A stretch of 61,215 bases of DNA, the filler included. It is 12 parts of 12 records of this genome, joined end to end, with 100 filler letters (N's around TTAATTAATTAA, not from the genome) between each part and the next. Parts side by side here need not be neighbours in the genome. Positions count along the whole stretch, not along the records: positions 14,614 to 23,280 come from SRR7504441_25894; positions 23,381 to 28,228 come from SRR7504441_25897; positions 28,329 to 31,779 come from SRR7504441_25919; positions 31,880 to 35,947 come from SRR7504441_25922; 8 more parts are not named here. One strand, given 5' to 3'. Shown here one piece after another: positions 21,414-32,069 of this stretch. A model generated the notes under the pieces. That model searched no databases. It was given only the letters and a program-made list of their open reading frames with translations, and was not told the DNA's origin. Both the position numbers and the translations under genes were made by a program. Position 1 is the first letter of the stretch; every line of letters begins with the position of its first letter.

Positions 21414-22785
21414 ATGCGGCGCAAGGACATTGGCAAGACGACACTCGAGCGCCAGACCTCGGGGCTGCTGCGCACCGAGGCGCTGATGACCAACCGGAGT
21501 CCGGGCTCGGCCTCCGGGGTGCTCAATCAGTACACTCGGCTGGACGGCGGCCTGGTCGGGCGCGGCAGCCAGTCCGCAAGCGTCAAGGCAGCCGGCCCGG
21601 CCCGGCTAGGGGCGACGGCCTGGGGTCAGCTGTACCGGCACACCAGCGGCCAGCTGTACGCGATTAAGTCCTTCCACCAAGTTCGGCAGGGCTCCAAGCG
21701 GCCGGGAGCCAAGGACTCCCTGGCGCTGCGCCCAAGCCATTCGGAGCGGGAGGAGGTCCTGCGGGAGGCAGACATTATGCGCCGGCTGGACCACCCGAAC
21801 GTGGTCCGGATCGTCGGTCCCCGGCCCGTTCACAGGCCGCTCACGTGGTCGGACAGAGCTAATCGATGACTGCTACGGCGATACCCACACCGACACAGAG
21901 AATGACGCAATGTATATGGTGCGCGCTGACCGGTGGCGGCTGCCAGCCCGGGCGGGCAGGTGATGGAGTATGTCCCGGGCGGTTCGGTGATGGACTTTTT
22001 GACGAGCAGTGCGCCTGTGGGTGAAGAGATGATTAGGCAAGTCGCACGCGATACAATTGCTGGGCTAGGATACCTCCACAAGCAGGGCATACTGCACATG
22101 GATGTCTGTTGCCCACCGCTCCCGCAGCCGAACGGTCGGGCCAGATCAAACCAGCTAATCTGCTCTTTAGTGAGGGTCACGAGCGGACTAAAATATGTGA
22201 TTTCGGCACTTCCACACTCTCAACCAGCTTGGATAACGCAAAGTGCCTGCCGCCCGGGCCCAAAGCCGGATATCTGGGAGCAGGCACGGCACCCAGCTGT
22301 TCCGAGCGCCAGAGCTGATGAGCGGCTTTGAGTTGACTCCGAGCAGGTGAATCGATAAGGTCGGTGGCTTGCTCACCCAGGACAGCTTTGAAGCAGGCAA
22401 GGCGGCTGATGTGTGGTCGCTGGGAGCCACGCTGTTCTTCATGGCCGGAATGGGCCGAGTGTTCACCGAGCCTAAACAAGTATTCGAGGCGCTAAACAAA
22501 GACCCAGTCCCGACAGAGCCTCTGGACGGTAGCTGCAGCTGGCTGTGGCCTACCGAGCCATCCGCAGGGCTCTCTGACGGCCTTAAGGACCTCTTGAACC
22601 GGATGCTGGACCACGACCCGTCGAGTGAGTCCGCGGTTGGCCCGGTTGACGGCTGGGGATATGCAGCTCGGATCGTGCTCAAGGATGCTGCAGCTCACGC
22701 TTGGCTCTCTGACTCCACGTTTGGGATGTTTGACTCCACCGTGCTGGGAGCCCCGGAAGAAAGCTCGGCCGGCATGGACAGATAG
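21414..22785 (+). CDS. Ser/Thr protein kinase (CAMKK/GRIK-like, divergent), about 8 short introns including GC-AG 21588-21629
   Basis: Spliced: VGRGSQSASVK|LY..YAIK, EADIMRRLDHPNVV, YM|VMEYVPGG, YLHKQGILHMD|IKPANLL, KICDFG, GTQLFRAPE, AADVWSLG, RMLDHDPS|TRI. Confidence 0.88.
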
Positions 22786-23037
22786 CGTGCCCGAAACATG
22801 TTAATCCAACGAGTATAAGCATTCGGGGCAAAACGTACGGTGCGTGCTGTGATGCGCCTGCGAGGCCCGATGCAAGCTTCGAGCGGCCACCCTATAATTG
22901 TGCACAATTGCAAGGTGTTGCGACCTTGTGTACATTGTGAGAACTAATTCGCACCGTATAGCAACTTTTCACATGTGTATTCAATTGTATAAATTACGTA
23001 CGTACGAGTATAAAATTAATCAAGTGCTCGTGTTTTT

Positions 23038-23259
23038 GTGATTCTGGACCGGTCCGATGCTGACGGGGATTGGTTTAAAGTCTCGCGCTTCGATCAAGCA
23101 GATCGGAAGCGTTGTTCGCGCACGGGTTGGGTAAAGGAGAGCGACCTTGAATCATTTGTGCCAGTCGAATTGCGGTATTCATTCAAGCATAAGAGACTAT
23201 CGATTCGGTTCAAGCATGTAGTTATTGATCATTATGTGGGTTTTCTAGATGACAATTAA
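23038..23259 (+). pseudogene. Possible SH3-like gene scrap in AT-rich spacer
   Basis: DGDWFKV..TGWVKESDL resembles the C-terminal half of an SH3 domain; no ATG. Confidence 0.25.
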
Positions 23260-23280
23260 ATTACATTATAGCCGTATGCA

Positions 23281-23380
23281 NNNNNNNNNNNNNNNNNNNN
23301 NNNNNNNNNNNNNNNNNNNNNNNNTTAATTAATTAANNNNNNNNNNNNNNNNNNNNNNNNNNNNNNNNNNNNNNNNNNNN
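23281..23380. other. Artificial contig spacer
   Basis: N44-TTAATTAATTAA-N44. Confidence 0.98.
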
Positions 23381-23907
23381 TGCGCAGGCACCGACCCGCT
23401 CAGCCTGTTGCGGCCTAGGCCGAGCTGAGTGAGCTGGGCCAGACTGGCCAGCTGCACAGGCACCGTCCCGTTGAGCTTGTTGGCTGGAAGTGCCAAGATT
23501 GTGACCTCACCTGCTGCATTACAATTGACTCCGAACCACAAGCAGTGGCTGGTGTTGGTGTTTAGCCAGTTGTCGTTGCGTGCCCAGGAGGCTCCCTCAG
23601 TGTCTTGATACACCCTCGCCAGCGCTTCCTGCTCGGTCTCGTAGTTGGGTCCATTCATGGGCAGTGTGCAGACGCCACAGGTGGCAGGGCAGGCCGTCCG
23701 CACAGATTGGTGACCAGCCAGGCAGCAAGCGTCGCACGTGTACCACGCTTTCAGGGTTGCACACTCTGAGGGCTCGAGCGAGTCGTGGCACGCCGGTGCA
23801 TTGGTGGATGCATCCACCGAAACGGTGGCCTCCTCCCACACATCCCCGTTGGGCAGCGCGGCCACAAGCAGGCCCGTAAAGAGCAGCCACAGCCACCCGC
23901 GAACCAT
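23381..23907 (-). CDS. Secreted or membrane LRR protein with ShKT-like Cys domain and plant-type LRR N-cap, 3'-partial
   Basis: Signal peptide; CHD..C..C..CPATCGVC; EQEALARVY..GASW..NWL..HCLWFGVNC; LxLxxNxLxGxVP repeats. Confidence 0.82.
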
Positions 23908-24030
23908 TTGCGCGTTGTAACGGCCCCCAGATCACAAATTCTAATTCCGGTCTGGTCGAAATATAATTATATCCATACAACCGATACAGCAAATCATCCA
24001 TAGTGCGACGGAAAACATTAGGGATAAGTT

Positions 24031-24100
24031 ACGCTTAGCCACGCCGGCAAACAGCTAGAGGACGGTCGCACGCTCGCGGACTACAATATTAACGTGCGTG
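24031..24100 (+). pseudogene. Ubiquitin / ubiquitin-like domain remnant
   Basis: 24043-24090 reads AGKQLEDGRTLADYNI; in-frame stops just upstream (24019, 24025); no ATG and no LRLRGG end. Confidence 0.7.
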
Positions 24101-24495
24101 AGTCGGAGGAGCCGGACGGCCGGCGTGCAGCAAATAATAGCTGTCTGCTGCTGTGCGAGCATATCTCGGACATCTACGATGACTTGCCTGGGCTCTTACA
24201 CTGGCACCCATTCTTGCCGCCGAGAGCGCGTCGTCGCAGGCGCGTGCTCGGTGACAATGACGGCGACGAGGATGGCGAGGAGAACGTGCCGTGGGCAGTC
24301 CCTCATCTTCGTACCATGCATCGGTGCTTTTGCCCCTTAATTGATGGGAGGTTTAAATAAGAGTCGATATATCAGTTTTAATCAGCTTTGGCGTACGACA
24401 CAGGCACGTTAACGTACATTGTGTCATGGCTCATGATCACAATCAAGCAAATGGCATCTCGCCCCACCGCCAGCTTGACTGCACACAATCACTTC

Positions 24496-25602
24496 TCAAG
24501 CACTGAAATGCTTGTCCAGCCAGCTGAACAACTCCTTCTCGGTCATCCGGATGTGCTCGCCCATGAAATGCTCAAAGAAGTTCTTGCCGGCCTCATCGGC
24601 CGTCCGGAGCCCAAACAAATCTTCCGTGTACCAGCGCGTCTGCTTCATCGGGAGCACGTCGCTGAACTCCTTGCCGGGCTGCTCCGACATGGCACCCCAC
24701 CACTCGCCCTCGCGCGGCCAGACCACCGTGTCGAGGTCGCCCTTGACCCAGACAAACTTGCTAGTCTTGGCCCAGTTGTTCTTGTACTGCTCGTTTACTG
24801 TGGCCTCGTTGTTCCACTCGGCCAGTTGGCTGTGCTTGAGGTAGCCACTTGCGTTGACGCGGGACGGGTCCCTGAAGTAGTCGGCCTGGAAGAGCACGGC
24901 CTGAGAGATCGGGTTGTAGGCGAGCAGTCCGAGCACTTCGGTGAGTGCCTTGCAGACCGGGCCAACCACAGGGAACTGGGGCGAGCACATCGGGAAGGCG
25001 CCCACCCCTGCGTTGATGCCGCAGATGGACATGAAGTTCCGCACCGGAGGGTCGTTGTACTTGGTAATGTATCCCCGGATCACGTTGTTGCCCTGGGAGA
25101 GCCCGAAAGCGTCAAACCCTCCGGACAGCTTCGGGTCGGCCCGCACTTTGGCCGCGAAGGCCTCGACCGAACGGTCCATGCTCTTCAAGAACCCGTCGAT
25201 CGTGTCGGTGAGCCAGCCGTTCCCAGTCGGGATGCACGTGGCGTAGACTCCCAAGTGGTTGCCGGCAGCCTGAGTCACCGACTTCATGCCGGGGTTGAAG
25301 CAGCTGTCGCCCATCCCATGTGCCACCACCAACGGCACGCTGTTGTTGGTGTCTCGCACCGGCCCGACAGTCACGTTCCGGGCGATCTGGGCAAGCGGGG
25401 ACTCGGCCACCAGCCGGGCGAGCTCGGTCGGGTTGGACTCGGCCAGATCCACGAGCTGCTTGAGGTGGGTGGTTTGGCCGATCAGCTGGCGGGCCTCGGC
25501 GCCCAAGTGGCTCATGTCGTAGATCTCGGACACCGGCGCCCCCCGGCCGAGCGCCACAAGGGCCGCAAAGCAGCACGCGAGAGAAAGAGCAGCACGCGAC
25601 AT
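24496..25602 (-). CDS. PPT1: Palmitoyl-protein thioesterase 1
   Basis: Signal peptide; PLVVAHGMGDSCFN, GFDAFGLSQG, PPVRNFMS, DTVVWPREGEWWG, GEHI. Confidence 0.92.
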   Translation of the reverse strand: MSRAALSLACCFAALVALGRGAPVSEIYDMSHLGAEARQLIGQTTHLKQLVDLAESNPTELARLVAESPLAQIARNVTVGPVRDTNNSVPLVVAHGMGDSCFNPGMKSVTQAAGNHLGVYATCIPTGNGWLTDTIDGFLKSMDRSVEAFAAKVRADPKLSGGFDAFGLSQGNNVIRGYITKYNDPPVRNFMSICGINAGVGAFPMCSPQFPVVGPVCKALTEVLGLLAYNPISQAVLFQADYFRDPSRVNASGYLKHSQLAEWNNEATVNEQYKNNWAKTSKFVWVKGDLDTVVWPREGEWWGAMSEQPGKEFSDVLPMKQTRWYTEDLFGLRTADEAGKNFFEHFMGEHIRMTEKELFSWLDKHFSA

Positions 25603-25615
25603 CGTCTCGCTCGTT

Positions 25616-25628
25616 CCGTTGGCAACGG
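25616..25628. promoter_or_regulatory. Inverted pair CCGTTG-G-CAACGG in the bidirectional promoter between PPT1 and 25683
   Basis: Perfect palindrome of the YAACGG core in an 80-nt head-to-head gap. Confidence 0.5.
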
Positions 25629-25682
25629 TCGATAGCAGTTGAGCGCCACAGAGCATCGTCGGAGCGTCGGGTGGAACAAGCC

Positions 25683-26593
25683 ATGGCCCGGGCGGAGGGC
25701 AAGACTCCGGGCAAGTCCTCGCGGACCGAGCGGTCGACCACCCGGTACGAGGATGGGGTGAAGACAACCACGTACGTGGTGGAGACCACAGGCAGCCCAC
25801 GCTCGCCCAACACTTCCCCGCGGTCGGTCCAGTTTACAGTTGACAAGCTGGAAGATCAAATCGCCACCCTCAAGTTCCGCGAAGGCAACCTGATGGGTAC
25901 CTCCCCCGGGCCCGGGCGCGCCCGAACCGGATGCCGGCAGATGAGGCCAAGTTTCTAAAGGAGCAAATCGACGAGGGGGGGAACCGGCATGGCCGGATCA
26001 AGGTCGTCGAGAAGATGGTGTTTGACTCGCGGGCCCAGATCCAGGAGATGATGTGCCGCCCCGGCCCGGTCCGCGGGCTGACCGGCGCTGCAGGACGGAG
26101 AATGAGCGGCTGCGTGACTTGCTCGATAAGGTGCAGGGGGAGCGGGACTCGGTGCGCCGGCGGTTGGGGCCGGTGCCAGCAGAGGCCAGGGGTTCAAAAA
26201 GCGCGACGAGCGGATCGAGGAGCTTCTCCGGCTGATAGCACTCAAGGAGCAATCGGAGGACTCCAAGCATTTGGTCACTCAGTCACGCCGGGCGGGGGCT
26301 GAAGGCTGGTACAGGCGGAGGCCAAGAGTGCGCAGCTGCGTCAGCTGCTTGCGTCCAACCAGGAGCTCCAGGACGAGGTCGACAACGGACGGGACGAGCT
26401 CGATCGGCTGGTGCCCGGCCGATCTGGGCCGGGCCGAGCTTGGGGGCAGCGTGCTGAGAAGGACAGACTGAGGGAACTGCTGAACGCTTATATCTCAATG
26501 AGACAGGACCTGCGGAACTTGTTAACCCTCAAGAAGCAGGTGGACTCGTTGGTCAAGGTCGAGGTGGACAGCTTTGCCTTCAACACTCTCTAG
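25683..26593 (+). CDS. Hypothetical coiled-coil protein, about 5 short introns
   Basis: GT-AG introns of about 40 nt give a continuous heptad-rich frame ending ..VEVDSFAFNTL*. Confidence 0.65.
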
Positions 26594-27097
26594 AGGCAGC
26601 GGGACTCATTACTTTATAGCGAGCGAGGGACTGATTCAACAGACCGGAGGACTCTAACTACTCTACAGAACCTCGGAACTAGATTTAGGAATCAGTGGCC
26701 CATCCAAGCTTCTTTAAGACTGAAGCTTGACGATAGCGCGCTACCTGGAAGATAAAAGAATCTGCTTGAATCGCGTATAAGCTTACAATTGCGGGTACCG
26801 GTAGATATGAAATAATTAATTGCGTCTCATTGCGCGTGCGCATTTCATATGCACTTATAATGTACTTAGCTATTGCCATGTAGCAGGGCTGTAGCAAGGT
26901 GCAGTCTCGTAGCAAGGCTGTAACATTGTACCCATCATGATCATGATATTATGCACACGGAATTATTGAGACAATTCTTTCTAATCGCACTCACATTAAA
27001 TTAACATTAAATATTCTATCTCGACCAACACACTATACCGGCCGTGGTTCTATATTCACTATACAAACACGCAATTCAGAGAAGAAAGAAGATTGCT

Positions 27098-28166
27098 TCA
27101 TAACTCGAGGTCATCCTTAGGGGCTTTCTTCTCCCGGAGGGCTACACTCACCACCGCCGCCCCCCCGAGTAGAGCCGCCACCACCAGAAGCGTGACCCAC
27201 ACCGGCATATCGAAATGAAACCCGACGTCCGCAACAATCTTGCCAGCGATGAAGCTCAGGACCAATGCAATCCCGATATTCATATAAGCCAAGGAGCTCA
27301 CAGCTTCGACCACCAGAGTATATAACGACCGAAGACACAAGATCGCGCACATGCATGCTGCCCAGACCACCTTCTGGTCAGCGGTCACCTGCCCCGCCAT
27401 TCAGTGACGCCGCAACCGCCGAGCACTTGCCCCGAATATTGCTGGCACGGAGTCTACAGCAAAGACCACATCCGACAGCTCTATCGTGACCAGAACCAGC
27501 AGCAGTGGGGTGGCGCGCATCGCGCCGGTGTGGTCCGACGAGAAGAATTTCGCGCCGTCGTATTCGCCCGACACCGGGGTGACGGCTCGCGCCAGTTGGA
27601 CTACTCTGTTGCCGGACAGGTCGTCGTCGTCATCGTCGTCATCAAACACAAGCATCTGCCATCAGAATCAGCGGGCAGGCTCTGCTGTCACCGGACCTGC
27701 ACCGCAGATACAAACAGCAGCAGCGCACACAGCAGCAGCAGCGGCCTCCAGGCCGAAATAGCCGCGGCCCCCGCGGCCACCATCCCCGCCCGCAGCGCCA
27801 TCGAGCCCAGAATCCCCCTGCCCTGCCCCTCGGCCCCCGATGGCCCGCCAGCCGCTACCAGCGCAGCACGCGTGTCTGGGCCCACTCGCTGGAAAGCTTA
27901 TAGTACCGGAATACTAAGTAGAACGCGAACAGGTTGTCCAGAGACAGGCACATCTCAAGCAAGTAGCCGGTCCAAAATTGCATGCAGGCCGTCCGTCCCC
28001 TAGTCTTGTAGAGTACGCCCGCCACCCCGGCGGCTACGCACACCCCGAGGAGCACCCACCCCACGGCGGCTCGTGTTGACACCGGCTGGTCCGTCTGGCC
28101 CAGCACGATCGGACCAGGCTTGATCGGGGTCCGCTCGTCGACGTCGGTCGGCTCGTCGCCCAGCAT
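27098..28166 (-). CDS. TerC/Alx family integral membrane protein, 3 introns (27389-27430 is GC-AG)
   Basis: [69 protein letters not shown]. Confidence 0.9.
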
Positions 28167-28228
28167 GCCCCGCGTATGCCCGCTCAGCAGCGATTGATCC
28201 TGCCACACCGCAGTGAGCCCGCGCCCGC

Positions 28229-28328
28229 NNNNNNNNNNNNNNNNNNNNNNNNNNNNNNNNNNNNNNNNNNNNTTAATTAATTAANNNNNNNNNNNNNNNN
28301 NNNNNNNNNNNNNNNNNNNNNNNNNNNN
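28229..28328. other. Artificial contig spacer
   Basis: N44-TTAATTAATTAA-N44. Confidence 0.98.
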
Positions 28329-28644
28329 GTGCCGGCTGTGATCCTATTCCACCCTTGCAATACAATTGATGTGCATTATATATAGGCCTGATGACGAGGC
28401 GTGATAGAGTTACAGCTCTATTACAGCGCAGTAGGAGGTCATATGAGAGCAATCGGAGCCAAGTCCGTGCTCTCTGGCACCTACAACCAACTCAAGCCGT
28501 ACGTGCTACCGACAGTTGCCGTGCTAAAGAAGCTGCCCAGAAAGTTGCTCACCACTCTTTTGGCCCCGGGCCGATCGAGCCTCCTCGGGCTCTTTCGCAC
28601 TGCAAGGCAACCCAACAAAGTTAGCAGCCAGCTCGCCCGCTTCC

Positions 28645-29441
28645 TCAGTCCGCACCAGTAAGCATACTCGACGACCAACTACCAGGCTTGCCAGGTCCCG
28701 GCGGTAGCGTAGCTCCCAGCGGAGGACTGGCGGCCGGCCGCAACTTGCTCCTATGCGGCCTCTTGCTGACCCTTCCGTCAGCGCCACCCACCAACCGGCT
28801 GCCACCACAGCAAGATCGAAGGATCTAGCACGCGCTGCCTCCGCCGGGTGCACGCCCGGCCGTGCGCCGCCTGGGCCAGCACTCGCCGCACTGCGTCTGG
28901 CCCGCCCATCAGCCTCCGGATCGAATGAACAGCGCACCGGCAGGGCCCTCGGTCACCTCGCAGCTCTCTGGACCCACCCAGCGCACCGGGCTCCGGGCCA
29001 GATGGCCCAAGGCCTTCTCCCGGCGGGTCGGCTTTGTCCGGCGACACACTGGCTGCCGCGGCTCGGCAAGGTAAGCTAGGTGGTCTGGAGCCAACTGGGC
29101 AGCCGGCCGGCGGGCCGGTGCGGTGGCTGGCGGTCTCTCTGGCGGTGGTTCGGCCGCGGAGGGCTCGGCCGTGAGCTTGGGCTTGCGCTTGCCTGGGCGG
29201 CGGCGGACACCCATGGCCGTGCTGGAGCCCCGACGGCTGGACGGGTCCTGGGCCTCCGGGCAGCGCCTGGCAGCGGTGAGGGGGTGGGGGGCCCCTGGCA
29301 GCACCAGAGGTCGAGCGGGTCGATGGACAGGCCGAGCAGCGAGAGCTTGGCCTCGCGGGAGGGGGTGCGCGGGCTCAACAACGGTTCCGGGGTCCCCACC
29401 GACCGTACCGGCAACCGCCACTGCGCCCCACCGGGCCACAT
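28645..29441 (-). CDS. Hypothetical Pro/Arg-rich multi-exon protein; frame and ends ambiguous
   Basis: GC-rich block with two or three 40-nt GT..CTGAN..CAG segments on the minus strand; no domain recognised. Confidence 0.3.
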
Positions 29442-29666
29442 CCGCCCGCCCCTGTCCTCCGGCACGCCTATAAATATTGAAGTTGAAAGGCGGCATGGCA
29501 CCTGCAGCTGCGCGCGATTAGCGCGCGATAGTGACCATAATGAATTGTAAACGTATAAAGCTCGCGATATACTCGTACGTTTAAATTAAATCGCACTCAC
29601 GCTTTGCCGCAACAATGCGCACTCGGCTACTCGACACGCTGGTTTGTTTGCTGATTAATGCACCTC

Positions 29667-31097
29667 TCATGCGGGACCTATCTGTGCCATCGCTTCAGTC
29701 TCGTTTGTAAAGCACGGCGGCACAGGCCACGTGCCGCCCTTTGCAATGCCGCTCTCGACACCCTCACAGTGAAAGTAGCTGGAGCCAAAGGCGCCGTCTT
29801 GAGGCGGGTCGACAAACCGCACGCCATCAAAGACCACATTGCGCATGGGCACCGAGGCATTGCCGATGATGACCCCTGGAGAGGTTGCCGGTTTGTTGAT
29901 CGTAATGTTGCGAAGGGTAAGGCCGTCAATCACAGCGGCGACACCGGGGCACGCGGCAGTCTTGAGTTTAGGCCAGCACAGGCTGCACGGGTCGCCATCG
30001 CACGGGTTGTACTTCTGGCCGTCCTCCTTGATGCCGGCCTGCTGGGGCCCTATCCAGATCGGCCAGGATCCAGGCTTCTCTATGTGGATGTTCTCGTATG
30101 TGACGTTCCGGATCGAGCCACCAGCTGCAGCCTTGGCATTGAACTTTACATAGATGCCTTTGCTGGTGTGGTGCATCAGCACGTTGCGGAACGTGATGTT
30201 GGCCACCGCGTGAGCCCCAATCGAGCCGATCGAAAGGCCCACTCCGCTGGCCTGCACGTTCTCTATCAAGACATTAGAAGTCGGCGCCTCCTGGCTGGAT
30301 TTGATACAGAAAGTGTCGTCCTGATTCCACACCGAGCAGTCGTGGATGTGGATATTTGTCCCGCTCACGTCAAACCCGTCGGTATTGAACGCAGTCAGAT
30401 CGACCGCGTCGTGCGAGTCCGAGCTAGTCCGGCGCGAGTCCACGTGACAGTTCCTTATCGTCGCATTCCGGAGCAGCGACGACTGGAAGTTGAACCTGGG
30501 CGCCTGATCAAAATTCCACCGTTCCAACAGGAAGTCCTGAGCGTCGTTCACGGTCAAGAGGGGCGGCCGGTCCTTGCCCCGCACGAGGTAGCCGATCCCC
30601 GGGATCCCCCACCAGGCAGCGCCGTTCCCGTTTAGCACTCCGGTCCCGCTGCTGGTGAGCGTCAGGCCGCTGGTGCGCTCGAACGTGATGGCCGTGATCG
30701 GCATTTTGGTGCTCTGGTTGTGCTTGTTCACCTCGGTCGGCCATGCCTTGGTGTCCTTGGACCAGAGCAGGGTGCCGTCGAGCTGCACGGTCGCCCCAGT
30801 CAGGTCCGCACCGTACACGCCGCCCATCATCAAAAACGTCTTGTTCGGCACGTGCAGCGAGTCGCCGGCAGCGAGCACGGCCAGCAGGCTATTCATGGCG
30901 GCTGTGTTCTTGAATGCTTGTGCAGTCTTGCTGTCGCACTCTGAGAAGACAGTCTTCTTACACGGGACGGCACCCTGCCCGCCCGCTCAGCCCGCCCGCT
31001 GCCTGTGGCCCACCGCATCGGTCACGAAATCGTAGACCCTGGCGTGAGCTGCCGCGGCCATCAGCAACTGGCACAGGAGCCCGGCGAGGGCGGCCAT
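29667..31097 (-). CDS. Secreted glycoside hydrolase family 28 (polygalacturonase-like), one 39-nt intron near 30975-31013
   Basis: Signal peptide MAALAGLLCQLLMAAAAHA; GNGAAWW, NTDGFD, NQDD, GLSIGS, NITFRN beta-helix repeats. Confidence 0.9.
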
Positions 31098-31145
31098 TCG
31101 GGAGAGGAGATGTACCAGACCACCCAGTCGCCAACCCGCACCACG

Positions 31146-31165
31146 ATCCGTTGAAATCCGTTGAA
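31146..31165. promoter_or_regulatory. Tandem ATCCGTTGAA x2 (YAACGG core) in the bidirectional promoter between GH28 and 31198
   Basis: Exact 10-nt tandem in a 100-nt head-to-head gap; same core recurs upstream of many other ATGs. Confidence 0.5.
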
Positions 31166-31197
31166 GTGCGGTTGGTCACGGATCGGCGCGCTCGGAG

Positions 31198-31779
31198 ATG
31201 GGCAAGAAGAAGGGAAAGAAGAAGAGCGGAGGCTCGCCCAAAGCGGCCTCGAACGCGTCGCAGGCAGCGGCGGTGGCCGACGACCTGCTCTTTGGTTCGG
31301 AGCCGGTCGAAGCTCCATCGGAGCTCAGCATCGGAGCCGGCGCGATGGAGCCAGCCCCTTCTCACGAGGCGGAGGGGCCTAGCGAGCCGGCCGAGCAGCC
31401 CGACAATGGGGCACAAGACGCGGCAGCCGAGGCGGCTGCGGCTCTGCAGGCGGAACAGGAGGCGTCGGAAGCAGCAGCCGCCCAGGCTGCCATAGAGGCC
31501 AAGGCCAAGGCGGCGCAGAAGATTGCGGAGGAGGAGGCGGCTGCAGCCCAAAAGGCCGCAGAGGAGGAGGCAGCCGCCGCCGCCACAGCTGCACTAGAGG
31601 AGGCAGCAGCCGTGAAGGCCGCAGAGGAGGAGGCAGCGGCACGGAAAAGAGCCGCGGAGGAGGAAGCGGCAGCCGTGAAGGCTGCTGCGGAGACAGCGGC
31701 AGCAACCAAGGCGGCTGAGGAGTCGCAAAAGGCAGCACAGGCAGAAGCAGCCATGAAGGCAGCACAGGAGGAGGCGGCG
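31198..31779 (+). CDS. Ala/Glu/Lys-rich repetitive protein, 3'-partial
   Basis: MGKKKGKKK start; repeated KAAEEEAAA units up to the contig break. Confidence 0.7.
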
Positions 31780-31879
31780 NNNNNNNNNNNNNNNNNNNNN
31801 NNNNNNNNNNNNNNNNNNNNNNNTTAATTAATTAANNNNNNNNNNNNNNNNNNNNNNNNNNNNNNNNNNNNNNNNNNNN
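31780..31879. other. Artificial contig spacer
   Basis: N44-TTAATTAATTAA-N44. Confidence 0.98.
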
Positions 31880-32069
31880 GCGAGCAATGATTATTCCGTC
31901 AAGCATCTAAAAGATCGATCGATTTATATGAATTAACGAGTTCGTCGATCATTATTAGTGGACTCAATCTAGACTCAATCCCTTCTACGTGTACGTGGAC
32001 ATCCCACACCTATCCCACACCCTTGCCTTATCGTCGCGTTGGTCCATACTGCGTTAGCTAGGTTACTAG

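Noticed and set aside
21585-21597. Introner (mobile intron) family, suggested by AAGGCAGCCGGCC shared with RPB3 intron 1 (59888-59900)
   Set aside because: Match is only 13 nt of GC-rich sequence; intron bodies are otherwise dissimilar and I saw no terminal inverted repeats
14614-23280. Operon-like or biosynthetic gene cluster
   Set aside because: Neighbouring genes are functionally unrelated and alternate in strand; contigs are too short to support cluster claims
24388-25635. Long antisense ORFs (e.g. 24388-25635 +, 29658-30635 +, 2813-3820 +, 59720-60841 -)
   Set aside because: Shadow frames expected from high GC3 codon bias opposite recognisable genes
26450-26593. Intermediate-filament/lamin rod end in the small coiled-coil protein
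   Set aside because: Only a faint likeness to LLxxKxxLD; the YRKLLEGE signature is absent
28391-28661. Plus-strand coding fragment at the start of the contig
   Set aside because: In-frame stops just upstream, no recognisable motif and no convincing splice model
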